Below, piece by piece: positions 1 through 9,700 of a DNA stretch of 64,000 nucleotides. Numbering within the stretch: position 1 is the stretch's first letter; each line of letters starts with the position of its first letter. Made by a program: the position numbers and the translations under genes. A model generated the notes under the pieces. It was not told the origin of the DNA. It saw only the letters and a program-made list of their open reading frames with translations, and ran no database searches. Source of the stretch: an uncultured Candidatus Saccharibacteria bacterium (GTDB taxonomy: Bacteria; Patescibacteriota; UBA1384; DTJR01); the NCBI GenBank assembly GCA_964487045.1, contig CAZAOT010000001.1:70745-134744 (forward strand), given 5' to 3'.

Positions 1-1
1 C

Positions 2-3000
2 ACCGCTTATGTCGCTGGCATTACTTATGACGAGTCCTCTGGTTATATTTATGCCACAATAAACGCAGGAGCGATCAAAACCAAAATTGATGGAACGGGT
101 TATACCAAGTTAAGTTCTCAGGGCTCGGGCTCTGGATACATTTCTAACACCGCCGGTGGGCTGGTCTATAATACAAACGACAACAAACTATATATTGCCG
201 ATACTGGTAATAGTAGATTGACTGTGTTAAATGTTGGTGATTTCTCTGCACTCGCCGAGTCGTCATCGAGCGGTTTTTCAAAAGGCAGGCTGAATTATCC
301 CCGTGGTTTTTCTTATGATTCCTCAACTGGCTACTTTTATATAGCTGACGCATATAACCACCGAATTGTTAAGACAAAAATAGACGGTACTGGCTGGGAA
401 ACTTTTGGTACTTACGCTTCTAGTAGTAACTTGATAGGGCAATTCAATTATCCTTCGGACGTCTATTACGATTCGGCTAGCGAATATTTATATATAGCTG
501 AATCCGGTGGTTCAAGGATAGTTAAAACAAAATTTAATGGCGCTGGTTGGACGAGCTATGGCTCAAATGGGTCGGGTACTGGAAACTTTAATAATCCGTA
601 TGGAATATGGTACGACTCGGGTTCAGACTACATTTATGTTGCCGACACTAGTAACCGGCGAATTGTCAAAACCAAGATTGACGGCACCGGCTGGACGACT
701 TATGGTAGCTTGGGATCGGGGGTAGGTAATTTTAATAGTCCAAGGGATGTTGTTTTTGATTCTGCTTCTGGAAATTTATATATCGCTGACACTAGTAATT
801 ACCGAATTGTTAAGACACAAATAGACGGCACCGGCTGGACGACGTATGGCAGCGCAGGATCGGGGGCAGGTAATTTTAATAGTCCTACGGGGATTTCTTA
901 CGATTCATCAACGGGGAATATTTATGTCGTAGATTATGGTAATTATCGTGTGGTTCGCACACTGATTGATGGTTCGGGGTGGTCGGAGTTTGGGGTTAAT
1001 CATGGTAATGCCGGAGGTTATATTAGTGGAAGCTTTAATAATTTGACTGGAGGGATTTCATATGACTCTTCAACTGGCACCGTTTGGGTTGCTCAAGGAT
1101 CAAATACAGCACAAAGTTACAGCCAAATTATCGGATTTACAATGGGTGGTGGTTGGACAAGCTATGGCTCAAGCGGGTCGGGAGCGGGTAATTTTTCCAC
1201 GCCGTCGGCGGTGTATTACGACCAGCCTTCCGGTTATTTATATATTGCAGATAAAGACAATGAACGCATTGTAAAAACCAAGATCGACGGCACCGGTTGG
1301 ACGACTTATGGCAGCTCAGGATCGGGGGTAGGTCAGTTCGCTTTAAATACTATGGATGGAATTTGGTATGACGCCGCCACTGAATATATTTACATTGCTG
1401 ACACTGGGAATAACCGTATCGTCAAGACAAAAATAGACGGTACCGGCTGGACAACATATGGCAGTTATGGGACTGGGAATGGAAAATTTTCTAATCCACG
1501 CGGTATTAATTATGACTCTGCCTCTGAATATTTATATATTGCCGATTCTGGGAATAACCGTATCGTCAAGACAAAAATAGACGGCACCGGTTGGACGACT
1601 TATGGAAGTGGTGGCGCGGCGATAGATAAACTATCGTCCCCGTATGATGTTAAATACGACCCTGCCAGCGAATATTTATATATTGCCGACTATGGAAATA
1701 GCCGTGTAATTAAAACAAAAATTGATGGAACAGGGCTGACCTTTTACGGAGGCCCGGGTAACTCGAGTAGCTACAATAAAGGTGTAGGATTTTTAACCGG
1801 AATTACCGGTGTAGATTATGATGCGGCAACCGGCTATGTTTATGCAACCGCTTCGGGGACATCAGCCAATCGTATTTCAAAATTTAAAATGGATGGAAGC
1901 TATTTTGCAGCTCTTGGATCAGACGCTGGCAGTGGGATTGATGTATTTAGCGCACCGAACGGAATTGCTTATGATAGTAGCACTGGCAATTGCTACGTTA
2001 TGGATTCAAGTAATAATCGAGTCGCCAGAGTTAATATTGGCGGAGATAATTGGCAATCGATCGGTAGGGGATCACTAGATTTTAATCGTTATTATGGCAG
2101 AGGCTTTTTCTATGATCAATCAGCGGATGATATATTTTTAACCAATTCTTACCCAGGCACAATTTCTAAGATGAAGTTTGGCAGTGAATCGCGCACAAAT
2201 TATTTTATGACTTCTACCACAGGGCAGACAAAAGTCGGTCAAATTTCGTACCCAATAGATGTGTATTATGATAATGCCAGCGGTTATTTTTATATCCTTG
2301 ATGGGTCCACCAGTCTTATTAAAACAAAAGCAGATGGCACTGGGTGGACAACGCTTGGCAGTCTTTCTTCCCCAAAAAGTGTTTGGTATGATTCTGTCTC
2401 AGATTATATCTATGTAGCAGATACCAGTAACGACAGAATTGTTAAGAGTAAGATTGATGGGACTGGTCGTGTTAATTATGGCACCGCTGGAACTGGAATC
2501 GGCAACTTTAATGATCCTCAAGGCGTGTACTACGATGCCGCCTCTGAATACCTCTATATTGCTGACACTGGGAATAACCGAATTGTCAAAACCAAGATTG
2601 ACGGTACCGGCTGGACAACATATGGCACAACCGGTTCTGGTACAGGAAACTTTAACTCTCCCGGGCGCATATATTACGATGCGTCTTCAGATAATATCTA
2701 TATTGCTGATATTACCAACAACAGGATTGTAAGGACTAAAATTGACGGCACCGACTGGGCAACTTTAAATGTTTTTGATACACCTAATGACGTCCAGTAT
2801 GATTCGTCTACGGGATACTTGTATGTTCCATTAGCAAGAGGAAATGTACTTAAAACAAAATGGGATACATATAGTTCATATTCAACTACCTTATCGGCTA
2901 GCAACAAAGTCTTGCTTCAGTCTCAGGGGGACGGTATGAGGCTTGAGATGGATCCTTTAACTTCAAGGATTGTTTTTTATCCAGTATATAATACGAACAA

Positions 3001-5998
3001 GGATATATATGTCAAATCAGATGCTTTAAACACCTCTGGTGATACTTGGACTAAAATTGATGCTTACTGGAATCAGCCTGCGGGTCAATTGAAACTTGTC
3101 GTTGACGATACCGAATATGTAGGAACGGGAACTTGGGATCTACCGAGTTATGGCGACAATTTTTATGTTGGCTCAAATACAGCTGGCACAGAAACTCTCG
3201 GGGGATCAATTGACAATCTACGACTTATGGATATTTACGAAGATTCGGATATGCCGACCAATCCAACTACTGTTCATGGTTATTCTGCTACAAATAAGTC
3301 AATAGAGTTAACGAATGACCAGTGGTACACCTACACGACCACAGGACCGTATTTCGAGTGGTCGGGGGCGGCTGATGTCGGCTCGGGTATTTCTGGTTAT
3401 TATGTTTATTTTGGAACAAATGGATCTGCTAACCCAATAACACAGGGTACATTTCAAGAGGCGGCGACCTATCAAAACACTACTAACCTAACAACGGGTC
3501 AGACTTATTATTTGCGAGTTTCAGCAAAAGATAACTCCAACCATTCGGCAGTCGGAACAACATTATTTACCTACAAATATGATGTTGATCCTCCAAGTCC
3601 GCCAGACCATGTAGATGTGAATCCGCTTGGATGTTCAACCGCGGCAAGCTACACAATGAGTTGGGATGAGCCTAGCGGCGGTAATTCTGGGGTGATGGGC
3701 TACGAGTATAAAAATGGACCTGACGGAGAAGTAGCATATATTACAGAAAGACAGGCTGTTGTCAGCCATTATCAAGATAATGGTAACTTCTTTTATGTAA
3801 GAACTAAAAATAATGCTGGAAGTGTATCAAACTGGCAATCCGCAACTTATTGTTATGCTACGGATGCTGGGCCACCAACTAATCCGACAACAGTTGAAGG
3901 TAAAAATACCTCTGGTGGATCAGTTACTCTAACTAGTGGAAACTGGTATAATTACTCGAGTCCTTACTTCAGTTGGAATGATGGCACTGATGACACTGGC
4001 ATAGCAGGGTATTATGTATATTTTGGAATTTCTGCTGTTGCCGATCCGGCAACCGACGGAGTTTATCAAGCCGGAAAAACATACACTGCTACAGCCTCAA
4101 GCTCTGGGCAAAACTACTATTTAAGAATAAAAGCAAAGGATCTGGCAGGTAATGCTGCGGCAACGACTTGGGAGGCATTTAATTATCGATATTCGACTGA
4201 AGCGCCTGAAAACCCGACAAATCTAACGGTTTTATCGTCTCAAGGAAGTTCTACAAATTTGACTACTGCTACTTGGTACAATCATGCTCATCCATATTTC
4301 GAATGGTCGGGTGCCGGAGGGGGGCAGGGAGTCCAGGGTTATTATGTTTATTTTGGCACAACCGAAGGAGCGGATCCTCTGAACGATGGAGTATTTCAGG
4401 TTGCCAATACTTATTCGCCGACGACTATGAATTCAGGCTCAACTTATTATTTAAAAATTAAAGCCAAGGATAATGCTGGTAACCCTGCGAGTGCAACTTG
4501 GTCGCCGTTTAATTATAAATATGACGGTACGGCTCCCGAAATCCCCGAATTTATTTCAGTTGATCCTAAAAACTGTTCAACAACAACAAGCTTCACTCTA
4601 AGCTGGGATGCGGTTACTGACGGGCAATCGGGGCTTGCTGGTTATGACTATAAAAAGGGTAGTTCTGGTTCGGTGGTTGAGACAGATGAGCATTCGATAG
4701 CCGTGACTGCCTACCAAGAGGGCGATAACATTTTCTATGCCAGAAGCAAAGATAATGCAGGTAATACATCTTCTTGGCAAACTGGTGTATTTTGCTCGAC
4801 TGGAACTGTTCACGTGACTAGTGGTCCTCAAGCCGAAGCAGGTCCTTCTTCGCTTGAAGTATCGTGGGTAACTGACAAGAAATCAACCTCTTATGTGCAG
4901 GTATATGAAGGTAATACTTATATATCGGAACAAGGTCATACATCGTATTCGACTGCTCACTCAGTGCAAACGGTCGGTCTAAAGCCAGAGAAAGAATATC
5001 GATATAAATTAGTTTGGACAGACGAAAATGGTAATTTAGGTGAAAGTGAGTGGAATACAGCGGATACTGCTATCGCTCCAGTAGTGAAGGAGATCAGAGC
5101 AGACGTAACCGATCCTCGGACAGCACTTGTTTCGTGGCAAACTACATATGTTTCTACTTCAGAATTACAATTTGTGGACGGTACTAGAGAAGCTATAAAA
5201 TCTGGAACTGGTACTGATTTTTCACAAAAAATTGACAATCTCGAACCAGGAAAGAATTATCAAATTAGAATCAAATCCATCTCCGACGATGGAACTGAAT
5301 TTTTTGGTCAAGACGTGATAGAGACTCCACCACTTCCGACAATTTCAAATCTTAGAATGGAGTCAGACAATAAAGGTTCAAGTGTAAAGATTAAGGCTGA
5401 TTGGATTACCAATACTGAAACTACCCAAAGTCTTTTTTACGGATTAAAGGGAGAATCCAAAAAAGAAGTTTCATCTAGCGAGAAAAAGATAGAGCATAGC
5501 CTGGAAATTTCGGGCCTTCAAGATCAGACCGAGTATGAAATATATGTTTCTGGAGCAGATAAGTATGGCAATGTCATCAATTCCGAAGTAAGAACATTTA
5601 CTACTCCTATTGATACTAGACCGCCACAGATTTCCGAAATCACTACTGAGAGCTCAAACGTAGGATTAAACAAACTTGATAAAGCCCAAATAGCTGTATC
5701 GTGGAAGACTGACGAGCCTGCCTCTAGTTATATCGAATATTCTGAAGGCATTAGTGGCGATGATTACTCTAGCAAAACAACCGAGGACAAGAACTACTCC
5801 ACGAGTCGTGTGATTATTATTCCTGACTTAGATCCAAATCGAGCCTATCATATGAGGGTTGTGTCTACTGACAAAGCAGGAAACGTTACTAAATCAGAGG
5901 ATGTTTCGGTTGTTCCTGGAGAAGTACCGCGATCACTCTTGAAAGTATTGTTATCAACTTTTGAGAATGTGTTTGGTTGGTTGGGGAACTTGATTTAA
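2..5998 (+). CDS. Giant surface protein, 5'-truncated at window edge. It has >25 NHL-type beta-propeller repeats (IVKTKIDGTGWTTYGS...NFNSP...YYD...YIYIAD), then 3-4 FN3-like modules (HPYFEWSG...GYYVYFG...YYL..KAKDNAGN), PAP-N/FN3-like domains and a conserved C-terminal tail.
   Basis: Frame 2 is open from nt 2 with the same repeat motif, so the gene starts upstream of the window; the track gives 1926 aa from an internal Met at 218. Repeats and FN3 signatures were read directly from the translation. Confidence 0.8.
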   Translation, partial: TAYVAGITYDESSGYIYATINAGAIKTKIDGTGYTKLSSQGSGSGYISNTAGGLVYNTNDNKLYIADTGNSRLTVLNVGDFSALAESSSSGFSKGRLNYPRGFSYDSSTGYFYIADAYNHRIVKTKIDGTGWETFGTYASSSNLIGQFNYPSDVYYDSASEYLYIAESGGSRIVKTKFNGAGWTSYGSNGSGTGNFNNPYGIWYDSGSDYIYVADTSNRRIVKTKIDGTGWTTYGSLGSGVGNFNSPRDVVFDSASGNLYIADTSNYRIVKTQIDGTGWTTYGSAGSGAGNFNSPTGISYDSSTGNIYVVDYGNYRVVRTLIDGSGWSEFGVNHGNAGGYISGSFNNLTGGISYDSSTGTVWVAQGSNTAQSYSQIIGFTMGGGWTSYGSSGSGAGNFSTPSAVYYDQPSGYLYIADKDNERIVKTKIDGTGWTTYGSSGSGVGQFALNTMDGIWYDAATEYIYIADTGNNRIVKTKIDGTGWTTYGSYGTGNGKFSNPRGINYDSASEYLYIADSGNNRIVKTKIDGTGWTTYGSGGAAIDKLSSPYDVKYDPASEYLYIADYGNSRVIKTKIDGTGLTFYGGPGNSSSYNKGVGFLTGITGVDYDAATGYVYATASGTSANRISKFKMDGSYFAALGSDAGSGIDVFSAPNGIAYDSSTGNCYVMDSSNNRVARVNIGGDNWQSIGRGSLDFNRYYGRGFFYDQSADDIFLTNSYPGTISKMKFGSESRTNYFMTSTTGQTKVGQISYPIDVYYDNASGYFYILDGSTSLIKTKADGTGWTTLGSLSSPKSVWYDSVSDYIYVADTSNDRIVKSKIDGTGRVNYGTAGTGIGNFNDPQGVYYDAASEYLYIADTGNNRIVKTKIDGTGWTTYGTTGSGTGNFNSPGRIYYDASSDNIYIADITNNRIVRTKIDGTDWATLNVFDTPNDVQYDSSTGYLYVPLARGNVLKTKWDTYSSYSTTLSASNKVLLQSQGDGMRLEMDPLTSRIVFYPVYNTNKDIYVKSDALNTSGDTWTKIDAYWNQPAGQLKLVVDDTEYVGTGTWDLPSYGDNFYVGSNTAGTETLGGSIDNLRLMDIYEDSDMPTNPTTVHGYSATNKSIELTNDQWYTYTTTGPYFEWSGAADVGSGISGYYVYFGTNGSANPITQGTFQEAATYQNTTNLTTGQTYYLRVSAKDNSNHSAVGTTLFTYKYDVDPPSPPDHVDVNPLGCSTAASYTMSWDEPSGGNSGVMGYEYKNGPDGEVAYITERQAVVSHYQDNGNFFYVRTKNNAGSVSNWQSATYCYATDAGPPTNPTTVEGKNTSGGSVTLTSGNWYNYSSPYFSWNDGTDDTGIAGYYVYFGISAVADPATDGVYQAGKTYTATASSSGQNYYLRIKAKDLAGNAAATTWEAFNYRYSTEAPENPTNLTVLSSQGSSTNLTTATWYNHAHPYFEWSGAGGGQGVQGYYVYFGTTEGADPLNDGVFQVANTYSPTTMNSGSTYYLKIKAKDNAGNPASATWSPFNYKYDGTAPEIPEFISVDPKNCSTTTSFTLSWDAVTDGQSGLAGYDYKKGSSGSVVETDEHSIAVTAYQEGDNIFYARSKDNAGNTSSWQTGVFCSTGTVHVTSGPQAEAGPSSLEVSWVTDKKSTSYVQVYEGNTYISEQGHTSYSTAHSVQTVGLKPEKEYRYKLVWTDENGNLGESEWNTADTAIAPVVKEIRADVTDPRTALVSWQTTYVSTSELQFVDGTREAIKSGTGTDFSQKIDNLEPGKNYQIRIKSISDDGTEFFGQDVIETPPLPTISNLRMESDNKGSSVKIKADWITNTETTQSLFYGLKGESKKEVSSSEKKIEHSLEISGLQDQTEYEIYVSGADKYGNVINSEVRTFTTPIDTRPPQISEITTESSNVGLNKLDKAQIAVSWKTDEPASSYIEYSEGISGDDYSSKTTEDKNYSTSRVIIIPDLDPNRAYHMRVVSTDKAGNVTKSEDVSVVPGEVPRSLLKVLLSTFENVFGWLGNLI

Positions 5999-6040
5999 TA
6001 TGTTTAGCTAGTTGTTTTCGAATGAGAATAACTTATTGAG

Positions 6041-6673
6041 TTATTTTAATCCATTAATTATAAATCTTACGATATTCTTTTTGTAACTTGTTAAATCATA
6101 TTTTTTCGAGTTAATTTCTAGGAGCATGACCTGAGAAACAATTACGCTGAGTATCAAACCAGCAAATTCCATCGTTTTAAAATCAGTGTGAAATTCTTTT
6201 TTCCTTTGACCTTCGTCCAGTATTTCCTTCAGAGTTCTGTGAAAGTGATTATCCTCCATTTTGCCAATGAGATTGTTTTGTGAAATAGAAAATTCAAAAA
6301 TTGCCAATAATCCTAGCCTCTGATTGTCCATATTGCCATTTACCAGAAGATTAAGAGCTCTCTCGAGTTTAGCCTCAGCAGAAAAAGTATCTTGTATAGA
6401 AGACTCATATATTTGTTTGAATTCTAGACCCAACAAATCCATAACGCTTTTGAAAATATCTTCTTTGGAAGAAAAGTGATGATAAACAGTTCCTTTTACT
6501 ACATTAGCCTTCGCTGCAATCATATCAACGGTTGACCTGTCGAAACCATGCCGAGCAAAAATCCTTTTTGCTCCTAAAAGAATTTTTTTTCTACTGGACT
6601 TATAGATCCTTTTATTCAATTTGGGCATTAGGAAATATATATCATATATTGCATAAATAATAAATATTCCCAT
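6041..6673 (-). CDS. TetR/AcrR-family transcriptional regulator
   Basis: N-terminal HTH signature KKILLGAKRIFARHGFDRSTVDMIAAKANVVKGTVYHHFSSKEDIF. Likely true start is the internal Met (MPKLNKRI, ~6628). Divergent from the giant gene at 6745. Confidence 0.8.
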   Translation of the reverse strand: MGIFIIYAIYDIYFLMPKLNKRIYKSSRKKILLGAKRIFARHGFDRSTVDMIAAKANVVKGTVYHHFSSKEDIFKSVMDLLGLEFKQIYESSIQDTFSAEAKLERALNLLVNGNMDNQRLGLLAIFEFSISQNNLIGKMEDNHFHRTLKEILDEGQRKKEFHTDFKTMEFAGLILSVIVSQVMLLEINSKKYDLTSYKKNIVRFIINGLK

Positions 6674-6710
6674 ATAAAAAAAATAATGAACAGGCGGGGT
6701 AGGGAGTTTG

Positions 6711-6729
6711 CTTATTACCGACTGATAAG
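6711..6729. promoter_or_regulatory. Inverted repeat cttattaccgactgataag (CTTAT-N9-ATAAG) abutting the -10 TATAAT (6730-6735) of the giant-protein gene; candidate TetR operator.
   Basis: Read directly. Lies between divergent TetR (6041-6673) and the 6745 start. TATAAT is only 9 nt upstream of the ATG, so the mRNA is leaderless or has a very short leader. Confidence 0.4.
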
Positions 6730-6744
6730 TATAATATAAACAGA

Positions 6745-9700
6745 ATGGGAGGGCGTATTTATAAGGTTGTTTACAGGACGAAAACTGTTGGCCGTAGGTT
6801 TAGCCGTGCCTTTGGTAATCTTTTTTTTGATGCTATCCAGGTAGTAAAAGTTTTATTCAAAATTAGGCGTTGCCCTGAAAAATTTTTGTCTAAATTTTTA
6901 ATATTAGCATGCCTAATCTCAATGGCTGTTTTAGTTTATGTTTATCCGTCGTCTGCAAATAGCAAATCTTATTCGATAACTACAAAAGAAGATTGGGAGG
7001 GAGGCACTCTTTCTAATCTTATAACTACTGATGCTCCCGGGGATCTTAAACTTGCTTCGGGTGGAACACTTTCTCATCAGGCTTGGCAAGACCCTCCAAA
7101 TACTGTTGGCTCTGGTGCAGCTGCTTCGGATGGGACAGATATTTATTTGCTCCGGGGTAATTACGATATTAATTTTTATAAGTATTCGAGTGCAAAAAAT
7201 ACTTGGTCGACATTGGCTGACGCTCCAGTGCAGGTTGGCCAAAGTAGTGCGCTTACTTATGATAACAGCGGTCATTTTTATGCTTTTTTTGGTAGAAATA
7301 CTCGCCAGTTTTATAAATACACAATCGCAACAAATTCTTGGACTGCTCTGGGTGACTTGCCCGACACGGTTAATATTGGTTCAAATATGGTGTTTACTAA
7401 CGGCAAGTTGTATATCTTGCGCTCAAACGCAACGACTGATTTTTGGTCATATACAATCGAAACAGGCGCTTGGGCAACCCTCAAGGCAACGCCTGCTACA
7501 TTTACAACCGCAAACGGATTTGTGACAGATGGGACTTATATTTATGCCTGTCGAGGTAATACTTTATGGTATAGGTACAACATCGCTTCAAATATTTGGG
7601 AGGCAATGACGACAGTTCTGCCAATTTCTCTAGCAGAGCAAACAGATTTTGTTTTGAGAAATGGAAGTATTTATTTTGCCGCACCCAGCTCTGCAACATA
7701 TTACAAGTGTGAACTTAGTGGTTTGGCTTGTACCGGAAATGCGTGGACAACGGCTACAACACTTCCTGCCGCAACTCGTTATAGCAACGCTGTCTACAAT
7801 GCATCCGATGATTATATTTATATTTTTCGTGGTAATAGTACTTACGATTTTTGGAAATATAGGCCCGGGGAGAGCAAAGTTGCTGGTCCTCAAATTTTTC
7901 CGCAAAACTTTACTACTGGAGGAGATATTGTTTACGGTGGAGGCGACACGGTCTATGGCTTGAAGGGAGCAGCAGCAGCCAATGGTTTTTATTCATATTC
8001 GATTGCCTCAGGCACATGGACACTCAAATCAGTCACTGGCTTGCCAACCCTCAGCAATGATGCAAAGACTGTAAAAGCGGGGGATAAGATTTATACATCA
8101 TCGGCAGCAAGTACTGCCTTCACAGCTTACGACACTACCAATGATGCGGCTGGTTGGGTAGCTAAAGCGGTTTCTCCGGGGGCTTTCGGAGCAGGTACAT
8201 CATTTACGTATCTCGGTGGGGATCTTATCTATGCGATGAGAGGTGCGGGTACTGTAAGTTTCTATGCCTACAGCATTTCAAATAATAACTGGTCAACATT
8301 TGACCCAGCCGATCTGCCAGCTGGTCTCGCACCAAGCATTGGTGCCCGCACTGTGACTAATGGTACTGAAATATTTGCGACAATGGGTAATGGAAGTAGT
8401 AAATTTTATAAGTATGAAGCCCAAAGCAATACTTGGGAAGAGAAGACTCAGCTTCCATTTGGCGCATATTATGGAACGGATCTGACATATTACAACGGAA
8501 AAATTTATGCAATCGATGGAAACTATCGGTCCGGACTATACGAATATGATATTTCAGCAAATAGTTGGAGAAAATTAGCCGACCTTCAGACCAGAACGAA
8601 TCTAAATAATGGAATGTGGTCAGGAAGTTCTATCGAATACGTAGGAAACAATGATCTGATGATCACTTTCGGGGCATCAAATATGGTTTTCTTTTATGAT
8701 GTTGATTCAAATACTTTTGCTTCCAGCGGATCTTACGAGTCAGCTTCAATCGACTTGGGAAATGTTTCAGCTTGGGGCTCGCTAACTGTAGCCAAGACAA
8801 CTCCGAGTGGAACTTCGGTTGTGGTTGAGACCAAAACTAGTGCCGACAACACCAATTGGCCTGAAAATTGGACTGCAGTATCTGGCACAACTATTGGATC
8901 TGACATTAATCGGTATGTAAAAATAAAGATTACTTTGAACGCAAATGGTGATAGAACACTTGCTCCGACAGTCAGCTCTCTAACCTTAAATTATAATCCC
9001 GATGATGTTGATCCAACTAATCCTCAGCAGGGTTCATTCACGGGACTTTCAGCAGAGGGGGGCACTGCGATAACGTCAACGACTGCGTACAGACACGAAC
9101 ATCCTTATTTCAGCTGGTCTGCAGGCGCTGATGCTGATTCTTATGTAGAAGGATATTATGTGTATTTTGGTTCTAATCAATCAGCGGATCCACAAGTAGA
9201 TGGAGTGTATCAAACAGCTACAAATTACAAAGTAAATGACAAGATTGCCGTTGGGAACAACTATTTATTAGTTAAAACCAAGGACCAGGCTGGAAATATT
9301 ACCGATAGTGCTGTCCAAGGGTTTATCTATAATTATATAGGAGCTACGCCTGCTACCTCGACTTTGTCTTCTGACGCGGATTTTAACGCTGGAGACAAAA
9401 CTAACCTTAGTGTCTCATCGGATAGCTTTGCGTTAGAGTCAAAAGCTGGCTTTTGGCAACAACAAAAGCTTTCTGTTTTTCCAGCCACGAGCGCTGCAGG
9501 AGCATCGATTATTAAGAAGGGTAATAAGCTCTATGCTACTCGCGGCTCGACAAATGCTTTTTATTCCTATGATTATGATACAGATACTTGGGCAACACTA
9601 ACGAGTACTAATCTAGGAGCTATGACAACCAACGGAGGCCTGGTCGACGGTCCTGGAAATTATATTTACGCATACCGTGGTAGCACTAGCGCATCATTCT

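Noticed and set aside
380-2760. CRISPR array or other non-coding tandem repeat
   Set aside because: The repeats are in-frame coding repeats of the NHL propeller, with variable spacers absent. No CRISPR-like short repeat-spacer arrays and no cas genes anywhere in the window.
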